Of a stretch of 64,000 nt of DNA, positions 12,172-25,660 are shown piece by piece. The notes beneath the pieces are model-generated. The model saw nothing but the letters and a program-made list of their open reading frames with translations. It was not told the DNA's origin and did not search any database. The stretch's first letter is position 1. Each line of letters begins with the position of its first letter. Origin of the DNA: Geosiphon pyriformis uo1 (lineage: Eukaryota > Fungi > Glomeromycota). Location of the stretch: positions 1 to 64,000 of the forward strand of contig JAAOMT010000445.1 of NCBI GenBank assembly GCA_016748015.1, written 5' to 3'. The translations under genes and the position numbers were made by a program.

Positions 12172-13627
12172 CCATCACCATCACCATCATCATCGTTCAT
12201 ATATTCTTCTTCAATCTAAAATTCAACAATTATGTGAATTTCTTTTACAACCAATAAACTGGAAAATTAAGTATTCATGCGGAATACCTTTTCAAATTGT
12301 TCATCTAGCAATTTTAATTGTTCATTCCTAAACATTGCCGAACTTGTCATCGAGTAACCGGTTATCCTTGACCTTTGATCATCACACTTGTGTTCATCCC
12401 CCTGATCAAGGAATCGAAGCTTTTGGCTCTTTTGAAATTTTTGGAATTTAACTTCCCAATTTTCCATTTCTACACTAACATTATCCCCATTCTCATTTTC
12501 ATATAACTCTTCACTCTCCTTATTCGATTGATCCGCTTCTTCTACATTCAATAAAGCAAAAAAATCATCGGAATCATTTTGAATGAAAGCTTCATCCTCA
12601 AGAGCTTCCAAAGCTTCCCGGATTATAGGATCCATTTCAGGCTGGAAACCCCTAATATCTTTCATTTTAATTCAATTTAGTTAAAGTTAATAAAGAGAAA
12701 AACCTAATCTGAAATCAAAAGCGAAAGATCTCACCTTCTGGAATAGCTCCTTGGTTTAGTTGACTAGTCGGAATTTCCTCCTTCGATGGAAGCACATCAG
12801 GCGGCAATACTATCTTTGTTTCGTTCGTAGTTGAAGATGAAGGCTCCTAGGAAGTAATTAAACGCAAAGATTGTCATTTAGTAAGTTATATAACAAGCAA
12901 TATAGTGATTGATATATACTAAGAACACCAGGGTACTAATCTATGTTGAACATAGAAGTTTTATTAATTTAGATTATTAGAAAAAATCTTTGAGACTCAG
13001 GAGGAACAATTGGAGATTATAATATTAAACTCATTATTGTTGAAATTCATTTCAGTTCTCTCATCATCGTCATTCAAATTCAAAAAATGCTAGTGTCGAA
13101 GAAAGCGTACCTGCTCAGTTGGAATAAATTCGATTCCTTTTTTCTCTTTATTTTCTTTCCTTGGGGCCTCAATGAAAACCGCAGCTCCATCTTCCCCAAT
13201 TGGCTTTAAATGTTGCGTATAATCATATTCGATATCATCAAAATAAACCCCATAAAGGGCTGCTTGGCCAACACGACTTAAAGGTCAAATAAAGTTTAAA
13301 TTGAGATTATTGTCAAACTCTTAAGATCACTTTTCATTTAGTGATCATGTACCTCTCTATCTGCGATTGTGATTGACTTTCGTTATTATGATTCGCAACA
13401 CCTTTTCCCTAAATACAATGAAAAAGGATTGAAGTATTTGATTTTTCTGAAAATTTTTTTCCTATAAAAATTACAAGTTGTTTTTGTACCCGCAAATTTG
13501 GCGGTATAACTTCTAATAGAACTCTGGAAGAGGCTTCTGAATCATTGATAAGTGGATCACGTTGAGACCTGTGCACCAATTGATAATGTTTGGCCGCTTT
13601 TCGATCGATAAACCGTCTTTTGACCAT
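11156..13627 (-). CDS. LTV1: Low-temperature viability protein Ltv1 (40S biogenesis factor), multi-exon
   Basis: N-terminus MVKRRFIDRKAAKHYQLVHRSQRDPL; GQAALYGVYFDDIEYDYTQHLK; SMTSSAMFRNEQLKLLDEQFEK; WDCQSII..TYSNLENHP; C-terminus RRSEKKSLK..MHLD*. GT-AG introns. Confidence 0.93.
12106..12195. repeat. (TCA)n microsatellite encoding a poly-Asp tract in LTV1
   Basis: More than 20 consecutive TCA units; GAT codons on the minus strand. Confidence 0.95.
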
Positions 13628-13807
13628 AGTGTATAGTGTAGCTTTTATGACTAACTTGCATTTGAACATGATAAATTTTTTGTATGATCATCAAAATATG
13701 ATCGCGTAATGACGACTCTGATTGGCCAAAAAATATTCTTCACTTTTTGAAGTCAAAGGGGCAAGGTACTTAAACGATCTAAGAAAATAAAGTAAAAAGA
13801 CTCGGTT
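13628..13807. promoter_or_regulatory. Compact bidirectional promoter between LTV1 and MAS2
   Basis: 180 bp between divergent ATGs; contains CTGATTGGCCAA (CCAAT box on the minus strand). Confidence 0.55.
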
Positions 13808-15731
13808 ATGGCTTCAAGACAAATACTACGATCCTTTTTTCAAAAACCGAAATATCCCACCACATCTCTTTTTGCCTTGTTCAAAAATGCGATACCATAT
13901 AGGAAAGCATCTACTGCAACATTACCCTTACAGAGCGAAGCAGTAAAGGTTAATTTTCAATTCTTTGTAAAATTTACTTTCGTAAATGCTTAAAGTCTTC
14001 TTGACTCATTAAGGTTGGAGCCTTTGATTCGTCTGCAAACAGGCCTTGACTTTAACCCAAACAAGTGGGATCACACACATAACGACTCTTCCAAATGGAG
14101 TACGCGTTACAACAGAAAATACACCAGGACACTTTTCAGCAGTTGGGCTTTACGTGGATGCAGGTTCCAGATATGAGACGCCTCGAACTACAGGTGTTAG
14201 TCATATAGTGGATCGATTGGCATTTAAGGTTTTCATTCTTCTAATTGATATATATGATGATAAATACTTTATCAATACTGATATTTCTAATCCAATGCTA
14301 CGCAAAATTTCAAGAGTACTAAAACACGAACAAATGAGCAAATTCAGATTGAACTCGAGTCTTTGGGTGGAAACATCATGTGTGCGAGTAGTCGTGAGGC
14401 AATAATGTACCAAGCGGCTATATTCCCTCGGGATGTTCCTCATCTCTTGGAGATTTTAGCTGATGTTATTCGTAATCCCCTGATCCGGCACGATGAATTA
14501 GCCGAACAACAACAAACTGCATTATACGAATTAAGAGAAATTTGGCAGAAGCCAGATATGATTTTACCTGAACTTTTGCATACAGTAGCTTACAAAGACA
14601 ACACTTTGGGCAATCCAATGCTTTGTCCAGAAGAAAAACTTGAATCTATGACACCTGAATTAATAAGAGAATACATCAAAGCATGGTATCGTCCTGAGCG
14701 TATTGTAATAGCAGCAGCCGGGGCACCGCATGAACTCCTTGTGGAAATGACTGAAAAATATTTCGGCGACATGACAAAGTCTCTGGATTTCAAATCCCAC
14801 GTTATAAAAACATCAGTCCTTGGTTCCACTACCGGTAACAAACCTACCTCAAAATCATCATTATATAAGACAATCACTACTGCTGCAACATCAATTCTCA
14901 ATCCTAATTTGCCCCTGCCACTTGCCGCAAGTACATCTGCTCATGCTACGCAAAAAGCACATTACACTGGGGGTGAACTTTATCTTGAACAATCCACACT
15001 TCCACATACACACGTTTATGTGGCCTTTGAAGGCCTACCTATTCATGACCCTGACATTTATGCTCTCGCTACGTTGCAAATGCTTTTAGGAGGTGGGGGG
15101 TCTTTTTCTGCTGGAGGTCCAGGAAAAGGTATGTACACAAGGCTATTCACCCATGTACTTAATCAATACGCTTGGATGGAGTCTTGTATGTGTTTCAATC
15201 ATTGTTACACCGACTCGGGGGTGTTTGGAATTTTTGCATCTTGTCGTCCCGAGTACAATCATGCCGTTGCGGACGTGATTGCCCAACAATTCGATTACGT
15301 ATCAACTCAAGGACGCTACGCTGTAACACAGCAAGAACTCAATCGTGCCAAGAATCAGCTCATGAGTAGTTTACTAATGAACCTAGAATCACGAATGGTT
15401 CAACTTGAGGATCTTGGGAGACAGGTGAACTAAATTTCAATTTTTTGATTAATCCATACATATCCTTCTAAATATTCTCGATATTTAGGTTCAAGTTCAT
15501 GGATTTAAAGTCCCGGTTGAAGTGATGTGTCAAAAGATCAAAGAAGTTACATTGGAAGATTTATTGCGAGTAGCAGAACGCGTATTCAGAGGTCGTGTAA
15601 CGAATGAAGGCAAGGGTACGGGTAACGTGACTATTGTGGCTCAAGGTAAATTACGTGGATTAGCAGATATAAAAAAAATTAGCGAACGATATGGTCTTGG
15701 TAGAAGTCCTGGACGGATGTGGTTGGTATGA
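13808..15731 (+). CDS. MAS2: Mitochondrial processing peptidase alpha subunit, multi-exon
   Basis: Basic presequence; TTLPNGVRV; [11 protein letters not shown]; [12 protein letters not shown] (no HXXEH zinc site); glycine loop [21 protein letters not shown]; [15 protein letters not shown]. Confidence 0.96.
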
Positions 15732-16884
15732 AAATGAGGGAAGAACATTTTATAAATCCTTAGGTGTAGATTTCTCATTTTTTGAACTTGGGAAATGTTA
15801 TTTACAATATTTTTTTCATCAATTTTTGCCTAAAATTTGTTCGACTATTTGATAGGGTAGGGACTAAGCCTCTTGGAATTCTAAAATCCTCACTTTAATT
15901 CGTAATTAATCAATCGCAAAACCTTATCAACCCTAACTTCGATTTTTTGATGTGCAACCTATAAATAGTGGGCTAGTCGATACTTAGTTGAGACTTTCTC
16001 CAAAGGGATTTGCGTTTTTTGCAGGTTTTTTTATTGATTGTACACGGCGAGCATTATTTTTAGTATTACTAACTAATCGCGATTAGTATTATAGTTGGTT
16101 AGACAAAAAATTAGAAAATCAATGATCAACCGTAGATTAATAATCATAGTCAATGATACAATAGCAATGATATAATATTTGTTAAAAAAATAGCAATTTA
16201 TAAGAATCAGTATTTATTTTAATAGTTTTTTAGATAAATATTTTTGTGCTTTAATTATTTGTAGAAAATTCTCGATTTACTAATTACCAAAATTAACAAT
16301 AAAATTCAATATTATTCAAATTTATTTATATAATTATTTAATTTATAAAACATTATTGCATAACAATGTTTCTAAAATTTGAAATATTTTTATTAAAACT
16401 TTATTTTAATATATAAAAATTGGTTCAGTTTTTAATATTTGAAATTTTGAGTAATTATTAATTGTTTAAATTTGAAATTATTTATTAATTGTTTTTTTAA
16501 AATATTTATGATTTTAAAAAAAAACTTTTTTTCATCATCCAAAATTCTTCCAAAAAAAAGAATTTTGAAAAGAGATTTTTGTTTTTTATTCTTTAGCTTT
16601 TCAACATTTTGCAAAATACTAATTTATTTGTTCAAAAACTGGTAATAATATAACCAAAAAAAAGTTTGAAAAAGATGTTATATATGGCTTTATCAAAATT
16701 AACTTTACTTAAAAGCTTAGAAAAGTAAATAAAAATATAAAGAATTTTAAAAATAAAACAGTTTTTTCTTTGAACAAGTTTTTGTTTTTGAATAGCAAAA
16801 TAGTATGTTTAATAATATAAAAACTAATAATTAATATTGAGTTTAATATTAATAGTAAGAATAAAACTTTTAAACTTCAAAACA

Positions 16885-19800
16885 AATATTCTTCATATCC
16901 TGCAACACCAGCCAGAGCTCACGGTTCTTTTCCAGAACATCCTCAATTACTGAACCAATCACAAAAATGGGAGACTGAGTAGTCATACCCTTCAAAACCG
17001 AAAAATTGTCCCCGTAAAGAACATTGAAAGTACTGCATACAGCAGAAATCTTATCAGAAAGAATCTTGGAAAGAATCTTGCGAGCCGTTTTGATCAAAGC
17101 AATAGGACGTGTGTTCGTTAGAACATCCTCCCACTCATAAGACTTGGGAATCATTGAAACCCAGGCCTCTTTCCATGGGCCGGGCACCAATTCACCAGCC
17201 AAGCAAGAGTTTAAAAGCACCAACAACATCTCCAAGACAGACCTATCACAATGTTTCCAAAGCTCATTTGAGATACCCGATGTTACCAGTAGAATTTTAG
17301 CTATTAATTAGCATGAAATTTCCTTTATAATTCCTATCATTAATTAGCATATATTATTATCGTTTCGAATTTCACTTATTATTTAATCAAATTAGCAATT
17401 ATCATCATTTAATCAATAACCCGATTTGGACCATAGAAATTGAGATGATCAATTTACACAATACCCTGAACCATATAACATAGCCAAAAAATTCGCCGAA
17501 ATTAATGAAAATTGGCCGAAATAATTCATAGTTCAGCGAAATAACTTGTAGTTCGCCGAAATGTATCTTTAGTTCACCGAAATTCTAGAAAAGAGAAAAA
17601 GTGCAAGTTCAAAGACTAGTACTACAACAAGTTGTATAAAAGAAGAGCTTCTCTCTTCAAGAAAATGTATCTTCTCATATCTTACCATAGTATCTTACTT
17701 TAGGTATCTTAATTAGAACAAATCACTTTTTACATATCTCAAATAAAAATTAAATATTCGAAAACCAAATCCTTTGATTATTACACTTGAAATTCTCTCA
17801 ACACAACTAACATTTTGAAATTGATTAGCTACCAATTTCAGTAATCTGTTAGTGACTCCAGGCCTGGATAGAAAACGTTTCCTTGACAAAATTCTATTTC
17901 TTTACGTTTCTTTTATTTTTCTCTTTCTTTTCTTATCATAATCATTTGGGTAGCCTACAGNNNNNNNNNNNNNNNNNNNNCATTTGGGTAGCCTACAGAC
18001 GAGATTCCTGTAGAAGAGTTGACTTTCACAGCAAAGTAACTACACATTTTTAGTGAGCTTCCAGACGAGCAATTCCTGGGAAAGAGTTGACGTTTACTAC
18101 AACGTAACTACATAAAGTAACTGGCACGGAATTGGCCATTCCACTTATAAGCCCAGCGGTTCAAATTATAGGAGATAATTTGAAGATAAATTCAGTTATC
18201 GAAGGTTCAACTACTTCCTCTAGTCGTGAATAAAACAGCAAAACAACATCAACAACCTTCAAGAAAAGAGACCAAAACCTCCGGTAACACCGACAGACCA
18301 GCAGCTTTGCCATCAGGAAGAACGGAAACCACCCCAAACAACTTGTCAAAACCAATCGGACACATCACCTCCAAAAAAGCCTCATTAAAAACATACTCCA
18401 AAGGCCAATATTGGCGACACCATTTGCTTGACATATCATCAACCACCTGACACTTTCTAATCCAACTCTCCATGATCATGTCCACCTTGCTCTTAACCTG
18501 TTCAGGCTTCAAAACCAGCTCACTATCAACAACCAAGTGGTCAAGCACCACCTTACAAAATGTGCGCTCCAGCACACTCCTTATTGTATGACTTTTATCA
18601 ACCTCAAAGCTTTCCATTCTCCTATCTATGACTGATCTAATGTTAGCCTCCTTGGTGTTCTGAGACTCAATGAGCTTAGATGCACGATATGATTTCCAAG
18701 TGCTTGAGAGAGCAGAAAAAACATGACCAGAGTCCATACCAGAATCCATCAGATCCCGAATGATTAAAACCTTAACATTGTTCAGAGAAGCCCAACAATC
18801 CATGAAGGAAGCAAAACCAACAACATCCCCCTTTTGCGATGCCTTGATAATCTTAGAAACCAAAAGCTCCAATTTGTGAAACTTCGAGGATTCTTTGGAA
18901 AAAACTCTATCAAAGTCCTTGAACCATTTTTTTTTGAAAGTACCATCAGCTAAAAGCACCATGACCTTGCGAATGATGTCCCACATCACATCCAAATCTG
19001 AGAATCTTACAAAGATGGCAAACTTATCTGAGAACATTGCTGCATTGGCCAAAGTAGCACATCTGAAATTGTCCCATTTACTCTCATTAGCACCCTTAAA
19101 GTTAAACTTCCATCAATCTCTATTCACCTGCCTATGAAGAGAGTTCAAATGCATATCCAAAAGCCCACCCAAACCCACAGACACACAAACCGCTTGATGA
19201 TCAGTATCAAAATACTCACTAACATCCAAAATGTTTCGGCTCACTATCGCATTAACCAAATTTGACGAAATGAACACATAATCAATAGTTCTTACAACGC
19301 TCCTTGAATTTTTTCAGGTAGGACTTTTTGTCAACAAATTCTCTGCCAGAGAATTGACCATTCCCAAATCCAAACACTTCTTAAAACTAGTACACTTGCA
19401 AGAGCCATCTTCATTGAAATCACCACTCAAGATGACAAAAGAAGACTCATTCACAGCCTTAGCTACCAGGGAATTGACTTCACTGGCTTGAGAGAAACAG
19501 GCTGCCAGAGAAGCACCAGCATAAAGCCCCAAAATTGATACCAAAAGTTTGTTCTTAAAAAGCAACTTAATTGAGAGAAGCTGACCAGGCACCTCAGAAA
19601 CCTTACATATATGGCAAGCCAGAGAATTGTTCACAACAATAGCAACACCCGAACCCAGATTACCAGAATCTTGACCTGAGGTAAAGACTCGAACACCATC
19701 AAACCTAGTTGCAATCCATGAACAGATCTTATTCTTTAGCTTGGTCTCAGTAACAATAGAAATCAAATTGTTCATATCCTTGTGCCAACAAATAACATTT

Positions 19801-20660
19801 TCCTGTTTTGCAGGATTGTTCATATCTCTAACATTACACATGACAATTTTCCAAATTAAGTAAGTTATTAAGAGGACAGAGAAGCTGACAAACCTGAACC
19901 AGAGCACAGACTATTTAACTTATCCAAAACTGAACCAACTGAGGCCTCCAAAGCAATCAATTTTGTTTCCAAACCACCCACTTTGGCAGTGAGAACTTTG
20001 GAACTACTAGAGCTGAGCTCAACAATAGCATCATGAACAATGGACGGAAGAGTATCAGATGAGACCAAAGCAGTGTCCACAATCATATCAGAATCCACAT
20101 TAGAAGTCAAAGTCTCAGAAACAGCAGAAAAAAGGCTCAGAGAAGGGATTGCCATAGGAACCAAATCAAAGGATTCCAGTCGAACCAAAATGCCAGAAAC
20201 GTGGTCAGACAAAAGCTCCAAAGAGCACTCCAAAATTGCCAGCCAGTCATTCAAATGAGAAATGGTAAGAGAATCAGTCGCCATTGAAGAAGGAACCAAA
20301 CCAGAATACAAACCAGCACCAACCAAACCAGAGGAAATCACACGAGAAGGAGAGCCACCAGCAACTTGGGCCCATGTTTTACCACCAAATGAGACCGGAC
20401 AAGCAATAAGAGCCAATTTTTTCTTATATATTTCAGCTAGACGAATCCGATTTTGCTCAGAAACCACCTTTTTCTTTCGAACACCAGAATATTCACCTAA
20501 GGAGCAGTTGACCGTAACATGACCGAATTGTTTACAATGAATACAACTGGCCAAAAAAAGACCAGCCCAATGCAAACTTACACCTTTGAAAACTAGAACG
20601 GTACCAATAGCAGCCAACTTGGATGCCTCATCACCAAAACAAATTACAGCACATCTATCA
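16885..20660 (-). mobile_element. LINE fragment: 3' part of ORF1 (CCHC knuckle), ORF2 APE endonuclease and N-terminal RT; truncated at both ends and split by a solo LTR
   Basis: CIHCKQFGHVTVNC; WKIVMCNVRDMNNPAKQ..VTETKL..ILSGDFNE..IDYVF; GKAAGLS|GISNELWK; TNTRPIALI; LVLQDMK. Contains stops. Confidence 0.9.
17281..18289. mobile_element. Solo LTR of a second LTR family (contains a 20-N gap at 17961-17980)
   Basis: Termini TGTTACC...GGTAACA; exact 4-bp TSD CCGA (17277-80 / 18290-93); removal restores the LINE frame GLSGISNEL. Internal TTCGCCGAAAT repeats. Confidence 0.88.
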
Positions 20661-21299
20661 TAGAGTATTATAATATGTTTTTTTATAAAACTACAAAAAT
20701 ATATATATATAGTAGCTTTAATAATTAAAAAAACAATAATTTATTTAACAATTTAATATTTCCAAATTTTAATCTTTTATTTTAATTATTTTTTAGCTTT
20801 TATCTTTAAAATAAATATTTAAAAAAACTTTTAATTAAAAAAAAATTAAAAAAATTAAAAAAAATTAAATTATTACAATTCAAAATGTTAAAAAACTTAC
20901 TTGTATTATTTATTAGTTAAATTTTTAAATAAGATTATTTATGTTATTATTAATTAATAAAAACTTTAGTGTAAAAATTAAGAAAAACATTAAAAATCAT
21001 TAATATTCTATATTTTTAAATTAGAGAAATATATAACACAATTGCAAAAATAACCTTAAATAAAACCACAAATAATAAACAAATTTTAGTTTAGTCTTTA
21101 AAAAAGAATATATAAATATATACAACAATTAAAAATTGAGAAATAACTTATATTATAATATTAACATTATTAAACAAATAAAATTTAAGAACTTATAAAA
21201 GACTAATTGTAATTAAAAATAAAATATCAACAATTAATATACAAAAAAAACCATTTTATAATATTATTTTTAATATTTTTTAAGCTAATAATTTTTTTG

Positions 21300-24200
21300 T
21301 AATAAATTTAAAAGCTGTTTTAAATATTAACATATTTAAAAAAAAAGTGTTTAAAAAAACTTTTTATAGTCTAGTTAATGGTTTTTTCTTTCAAAAAAAA
21401 GAGTTTTTATTGGTAATATTAAACATTTTAATAATAATAAAAATATCTTTTTGGTCAAATTTGGTTCTGAAAATAGTGTTTATTTAAATATGAATAGTAA
21501 GTTTAATAATAATAAAAGTAATAGTGTTTTTATAAATACTAATAATAATGGTTTTTTTTGGGGTTTAATAGCTTTAACTTTCAAAGCTAAAAAAATTTAT
21601 ACTGGTTTAAAAAGTAGTTTTTTTATTAATTTTTTTAACTTTGATATAAAAAAAAATAAAAAACTTTTTTTTTCTTCTTTAAAATCTTTTAGATAAAAGA
21701 TAGATTAATTTTAAGATAATAAAAACTTAAATTAAAGTAATCATCAAAAAATTTTTTGCTTTAAATATTAATTTTTCAACAATTAAAAGTTGGTATAGTT
21801 TGTGACAATTTGTTGGGCATTGATGCTACTGTTCGCCTCTCTGTATATATGGATGAGTCTCTAAGTGGTTTGGGTACTATTGGTATGAAGGCTGGTGCTG
21901 CTGTTTTCTTTAAGGACATTGATTCGGGGTTGGGTGTGAAGATGTCTGGTTTGGTTTTCTCTATGCTTACAGAGTTGCAGGCCATTGCTCTGGTTCTCAA
22001 GTGTGTTCTCTCTTTTCGTTCGGTGGATTTGTTCTCAGACAGCCAGGCTGCTTTGGATGCATGCAAATCCGAATTCCTACTGGCTTGGCCAGACTTCAGA
22101 AATTGTTGTTGGATTGAGTGTTACCATATTGCTAATGTTATTTATGATAAGAATTTGGATGTGAACTGAATCAAAGTAAAAGGTCATTCAGGTGTCCTTG
22201 ACAATGACTGTGCTGACTCACTTGCAGAGGTCGCTGCCTCATCTTCTTGGTGGCTGCCGCACAGGGTTGGTAAATGGTTTGTAAGAGCTGGTGACTCTGC
22301 CATTTCTGGTAATTCAAGACATTTTGTTTATGATATCTTCTGGTCAATTCATCAGGTGCGTTGAGAGGTTAGATTCAGTTCCCAAGTTTTGTTGAATAAT
22401 TTGTAAGGTGATGTTGATTGGGCCAGATTTGTTTCGGTGTGGCACCCAGATTCCTACATGGCTGCTGGCTTCACTAGTTTGTGTACTGCTGGCTTTCGGA
22501 CTTATTTCATGAAGGCTTTGCATCATCGACTTTTTGTCACCATGCGTAAGTGTCTATATGATAGGCTTTACTCCAGTGTAGTGTGCTTATTCTGTAGTAA
22601 TGTTGAGATCTCTGATTATGTTTTTTTCTGCTCCTTTGATGCTATTGGCCATGAGCATTTAATGAACACTTATGTGGCTGTTTGGGAGGCATGCTCTGGT
22701 TTATCTCGTTCTTCTTTGTGCGTCTCACAGTTATTGTTCACTTGTGTTTTGAATTGTGTAGTTGGGGTGGCCATATGTAAAAGATTTGTTTTCAATAATT
22801 GGTATTGTGAATCTGTTTCTGTTTTTAAGGATCCCAGGGTGGCAGCTTGTAACATAGTATCTTTTGTGCATGAGTTTTGTGCTGCATTCCGGGATGAAAT
22901 CTGGTTGGTTTGTGCAAGACACCAGGCAGTGATGGAGAAGAGTAGGCTGATTCCTCGTGACGGCTCTGTTCCTGCCTCTGTTTCTGGTTTTTCCATGGGT
23001 TTTTCAGCAGGTATTGTTAAATTGTTGGGGGTTGCTAATGCAATTAGCATTTGTTTTGGGTTTTGTAAGTCTTGTTTATTTTTTTCTGGTGCTTATGAAG
23101 AGGTTTTTGTTCATATAAGTGCATAATGTTGTTCTGACTGGTCTGAGTGACTGGTTACGTGTAGAAAAGGCATGATTCATGCCTAGTTTAGATCATTTAA
23201 TAATGTATTGTACTAGGTAGTGTTTGGACTTCATTTATTAAATGAAGAAAAAAAAATTAAAAGTAAATTAGTAATAGCTAAAATAAAGATTATTAGAAAA
23301 ATTTTCTTAAAAGTAAATAATTTTAAAGAAGTTATTATTTTTCTAAAATTTGAAAAAATTATCTAATTTATATTTATATTTAAAAAAAGTATAAAACAAG
23401 CAATTTTATTGGTTAATAAAAATAAAATTATGATTAATAGTAATATTAAGAAACAAAAAGTTTATTCAAGTTAAATTATAGTTATTAAAAAAAATTTTAT
23501 AAATATATTTTAAAAAAAAATTGTTTCTGTTTTGTTTAAATATAGTTAAATTGTGTTTATTAAATTGTAACTCATTGAATTATGGCAAAAAGCTATAATA
23601 AAATTTGTTAAAATAAATTAAACTAATAATTTTGCTACAAAATAATTAGTTTTAATCAAAAAAAATTCAATATATATAGTTAAAACTATTTTAAATCAGA
23701 TTATTTAAGTCTCTAAAAATTAATTCAAAGTATTATTGTTTATTTTGCCTATAGAAATTATAGTTTATAATTTAGGTGTTTTTTTAAATAGTACAAATAA
23801 AAAAATATGCATAATAAATTAGTTTTTTATTATTGGTTTTAGACTTCAATATACAATAGTGAGTTTTAAATCTGAAAAAAATTTTGATTGTATTTTTAAT
23901 ACTATATCTATCTTAAATGATATTAAGCTTTTATTAATTAGAATAAATTTGATTTATTGTAACAAATGTAATCATCTTGACCACTTAATTTTAGAGTATA
24001 ATAAAGTTAATACTCTATATTTTTTAATATTAAAAAAATATAAACATTTAATTTCTGAAAAAAATATTAGTATCTTGCTTATTTTTCAATTATTAGTATT
24101 TAGTGTTTTGTTATAAGTTTAGATAATTAATAATAATATGGTATATTTTTTATCTAATATAAATTTTAGTAAAAGTACTAATCATAATGTTTTGGCTGGT

Positions 24201-24830
24201 TTTAATTTTTTGTCTCTAAACTTTTAGTTAAACTTACTTAAATATTTGTTGAAATTGCTTAACAAGTTTTTAAAGTTGTAATTAAATTAAATGTTTTGGT
24301 TAAAATTTTTATATTATTTATTTTTTATTCTTAGCTTATGTTGAATGTTTTTAATAATAATATAAATAAACTTGATATAAATATCATAGGCTTGTTTTTT
24401 TTGTTAGTTTAGATAGTTTTAATTCTTAATTATTTTTCAATAATAATAAAGTTTTTGCAGCCAAAATTAACTAAATTGTTAACTTTAAACAGTTTTGTTT
24501 ATGTGGTTTTAGCTTAATTAAATCTTTTGGTTTCTAATTATAATCTCTTAAATTATATATTTTTTTAATGACCAGTATTATTTGAAAAATAGCAACATAT
24601 AATATTTATGGCATAAATAATTTATAAAAACAAAAAAATATTGTTTATTAGTACAGAAATATGAACAATTTAATTTTTATTATTACTTAAACAAAATTAA
24701 AAGATAAAATATGTTTATAAACTATTAACAAATTTAATAGTATTAAAGTTTTTACTTTTGGTTTAGACTTTAAACACTTAGATTTTGATATTACAATTAT
24801 TATAAATAATATTCTGGTCAAACATATATA
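21300..24830 (+). mobile_element. Old AT-eroded LINE (ORF1 to start of APE), host of a younger LINE, ending at the pogo element
   Basis: 24575-24825 is a transition-mutated version of the APE start at 19860-19610. The ORF1 remnant is continuous across the 21791-23254 insert. Start approximate. Confidence 0.75.
21791..23254 (+). mobile_element. 5'-truncated LINE with RNase H, C-terminal Cys-rich region, 3' UTR and poly(A)
   Basis: VYMDESL..GAAVFF..TELQAI..FSDSQAAL..KVKGHSG..NDCADSLA; poly(A) at ~23248-23256; 10-bp TSD AATTAAAAGT (21781-90 / 23255-64). Confidence 0.9.
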
Positions 24831-25107
24831 TAGTCAAATTTAAGATAATTTATACTAAAATAACTTATAATCTATAATAAGCCATAGCATTTTAAATCTA
24901 CCAATTTAGTAGTTAAAGAATTCTTATATTTATAACTCATATCTGTAATACTTAATAACTCATAATTTTTTACTATTAATATAAATTATCTTAGGTGTTA
25001 AATTTAATTTAAATTCTGTTAATTTTGATAAAATTACAATAAAGCAAACCAATATTTCTATGACTAAAAATATTATACAATAATATAATATTACTTATTT
25101 AACAAAA

Positions 25108-25660
25108 TAATTATTAATTATATAAGTAATTAAGTCGAAATTTTAAATTGTTCTAAGTTTTAAATTATTATCAATTGTATAAATAATTAAGTTAGAGTTT
25201 TGAATTGTTCCAAGTTTTAAATTATTATTAATCTTATAAGTAATTAAGTTATAGTTTTAAACTGTCTTAAGTTTTAAATTATTATCAATTGTATTAGTAA
25301 TTAAGTCAAAGTTTTGAATTATACCAAGTTCTAAATTATCATTAATTATATAAGTAATCAAGTCAAAGTTTTGAATTGTTCCAAGTTTTAAATTATTACT
25401 AATCTTGTGAGTAATCAAGTTAAAGTTTTAAATTGTTTCAAGTTCTAAATTATTATTAATTATATAAATAATCAAGTTAGAGTTTTGAATTGTTCTAAGT
25501 TTTAAATTATTATTAATTGTATGAGTAATTAAGTTAGAGTTTCAAATTATTCTAAGCTCTAAATTATTATCAATTGTGTGAGTAATCAAATTAGAGTTTT
25601 GAATTGTTTTAAGTTTTAAATTATTATTAATTGTGTAAATAATCAAGTCGAATTTTTAAA
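25108..25660. repeat. Tandem array of ~9.5 copies of a ~57-bp unit inside the pogo left arm
   Basis: Unit approximately GAGTTTTGAATTGTTCCAAGTTTTAAATTATTATCAATTGTGTGAGTAATCAAGTCA, head to tail. Confidence 0.9.

Noticed and set aside
11954-12331. Poly-His and poly-Ile ORFs on the + strand
   Set aside because: Antisense readings of the (GAT)n poly-Asp tract of LTV1.
25108-25660. CRISPR-like array
   Set aside because: Units are head to tail with no unique spacers; no cas genes; eukaryotic context.
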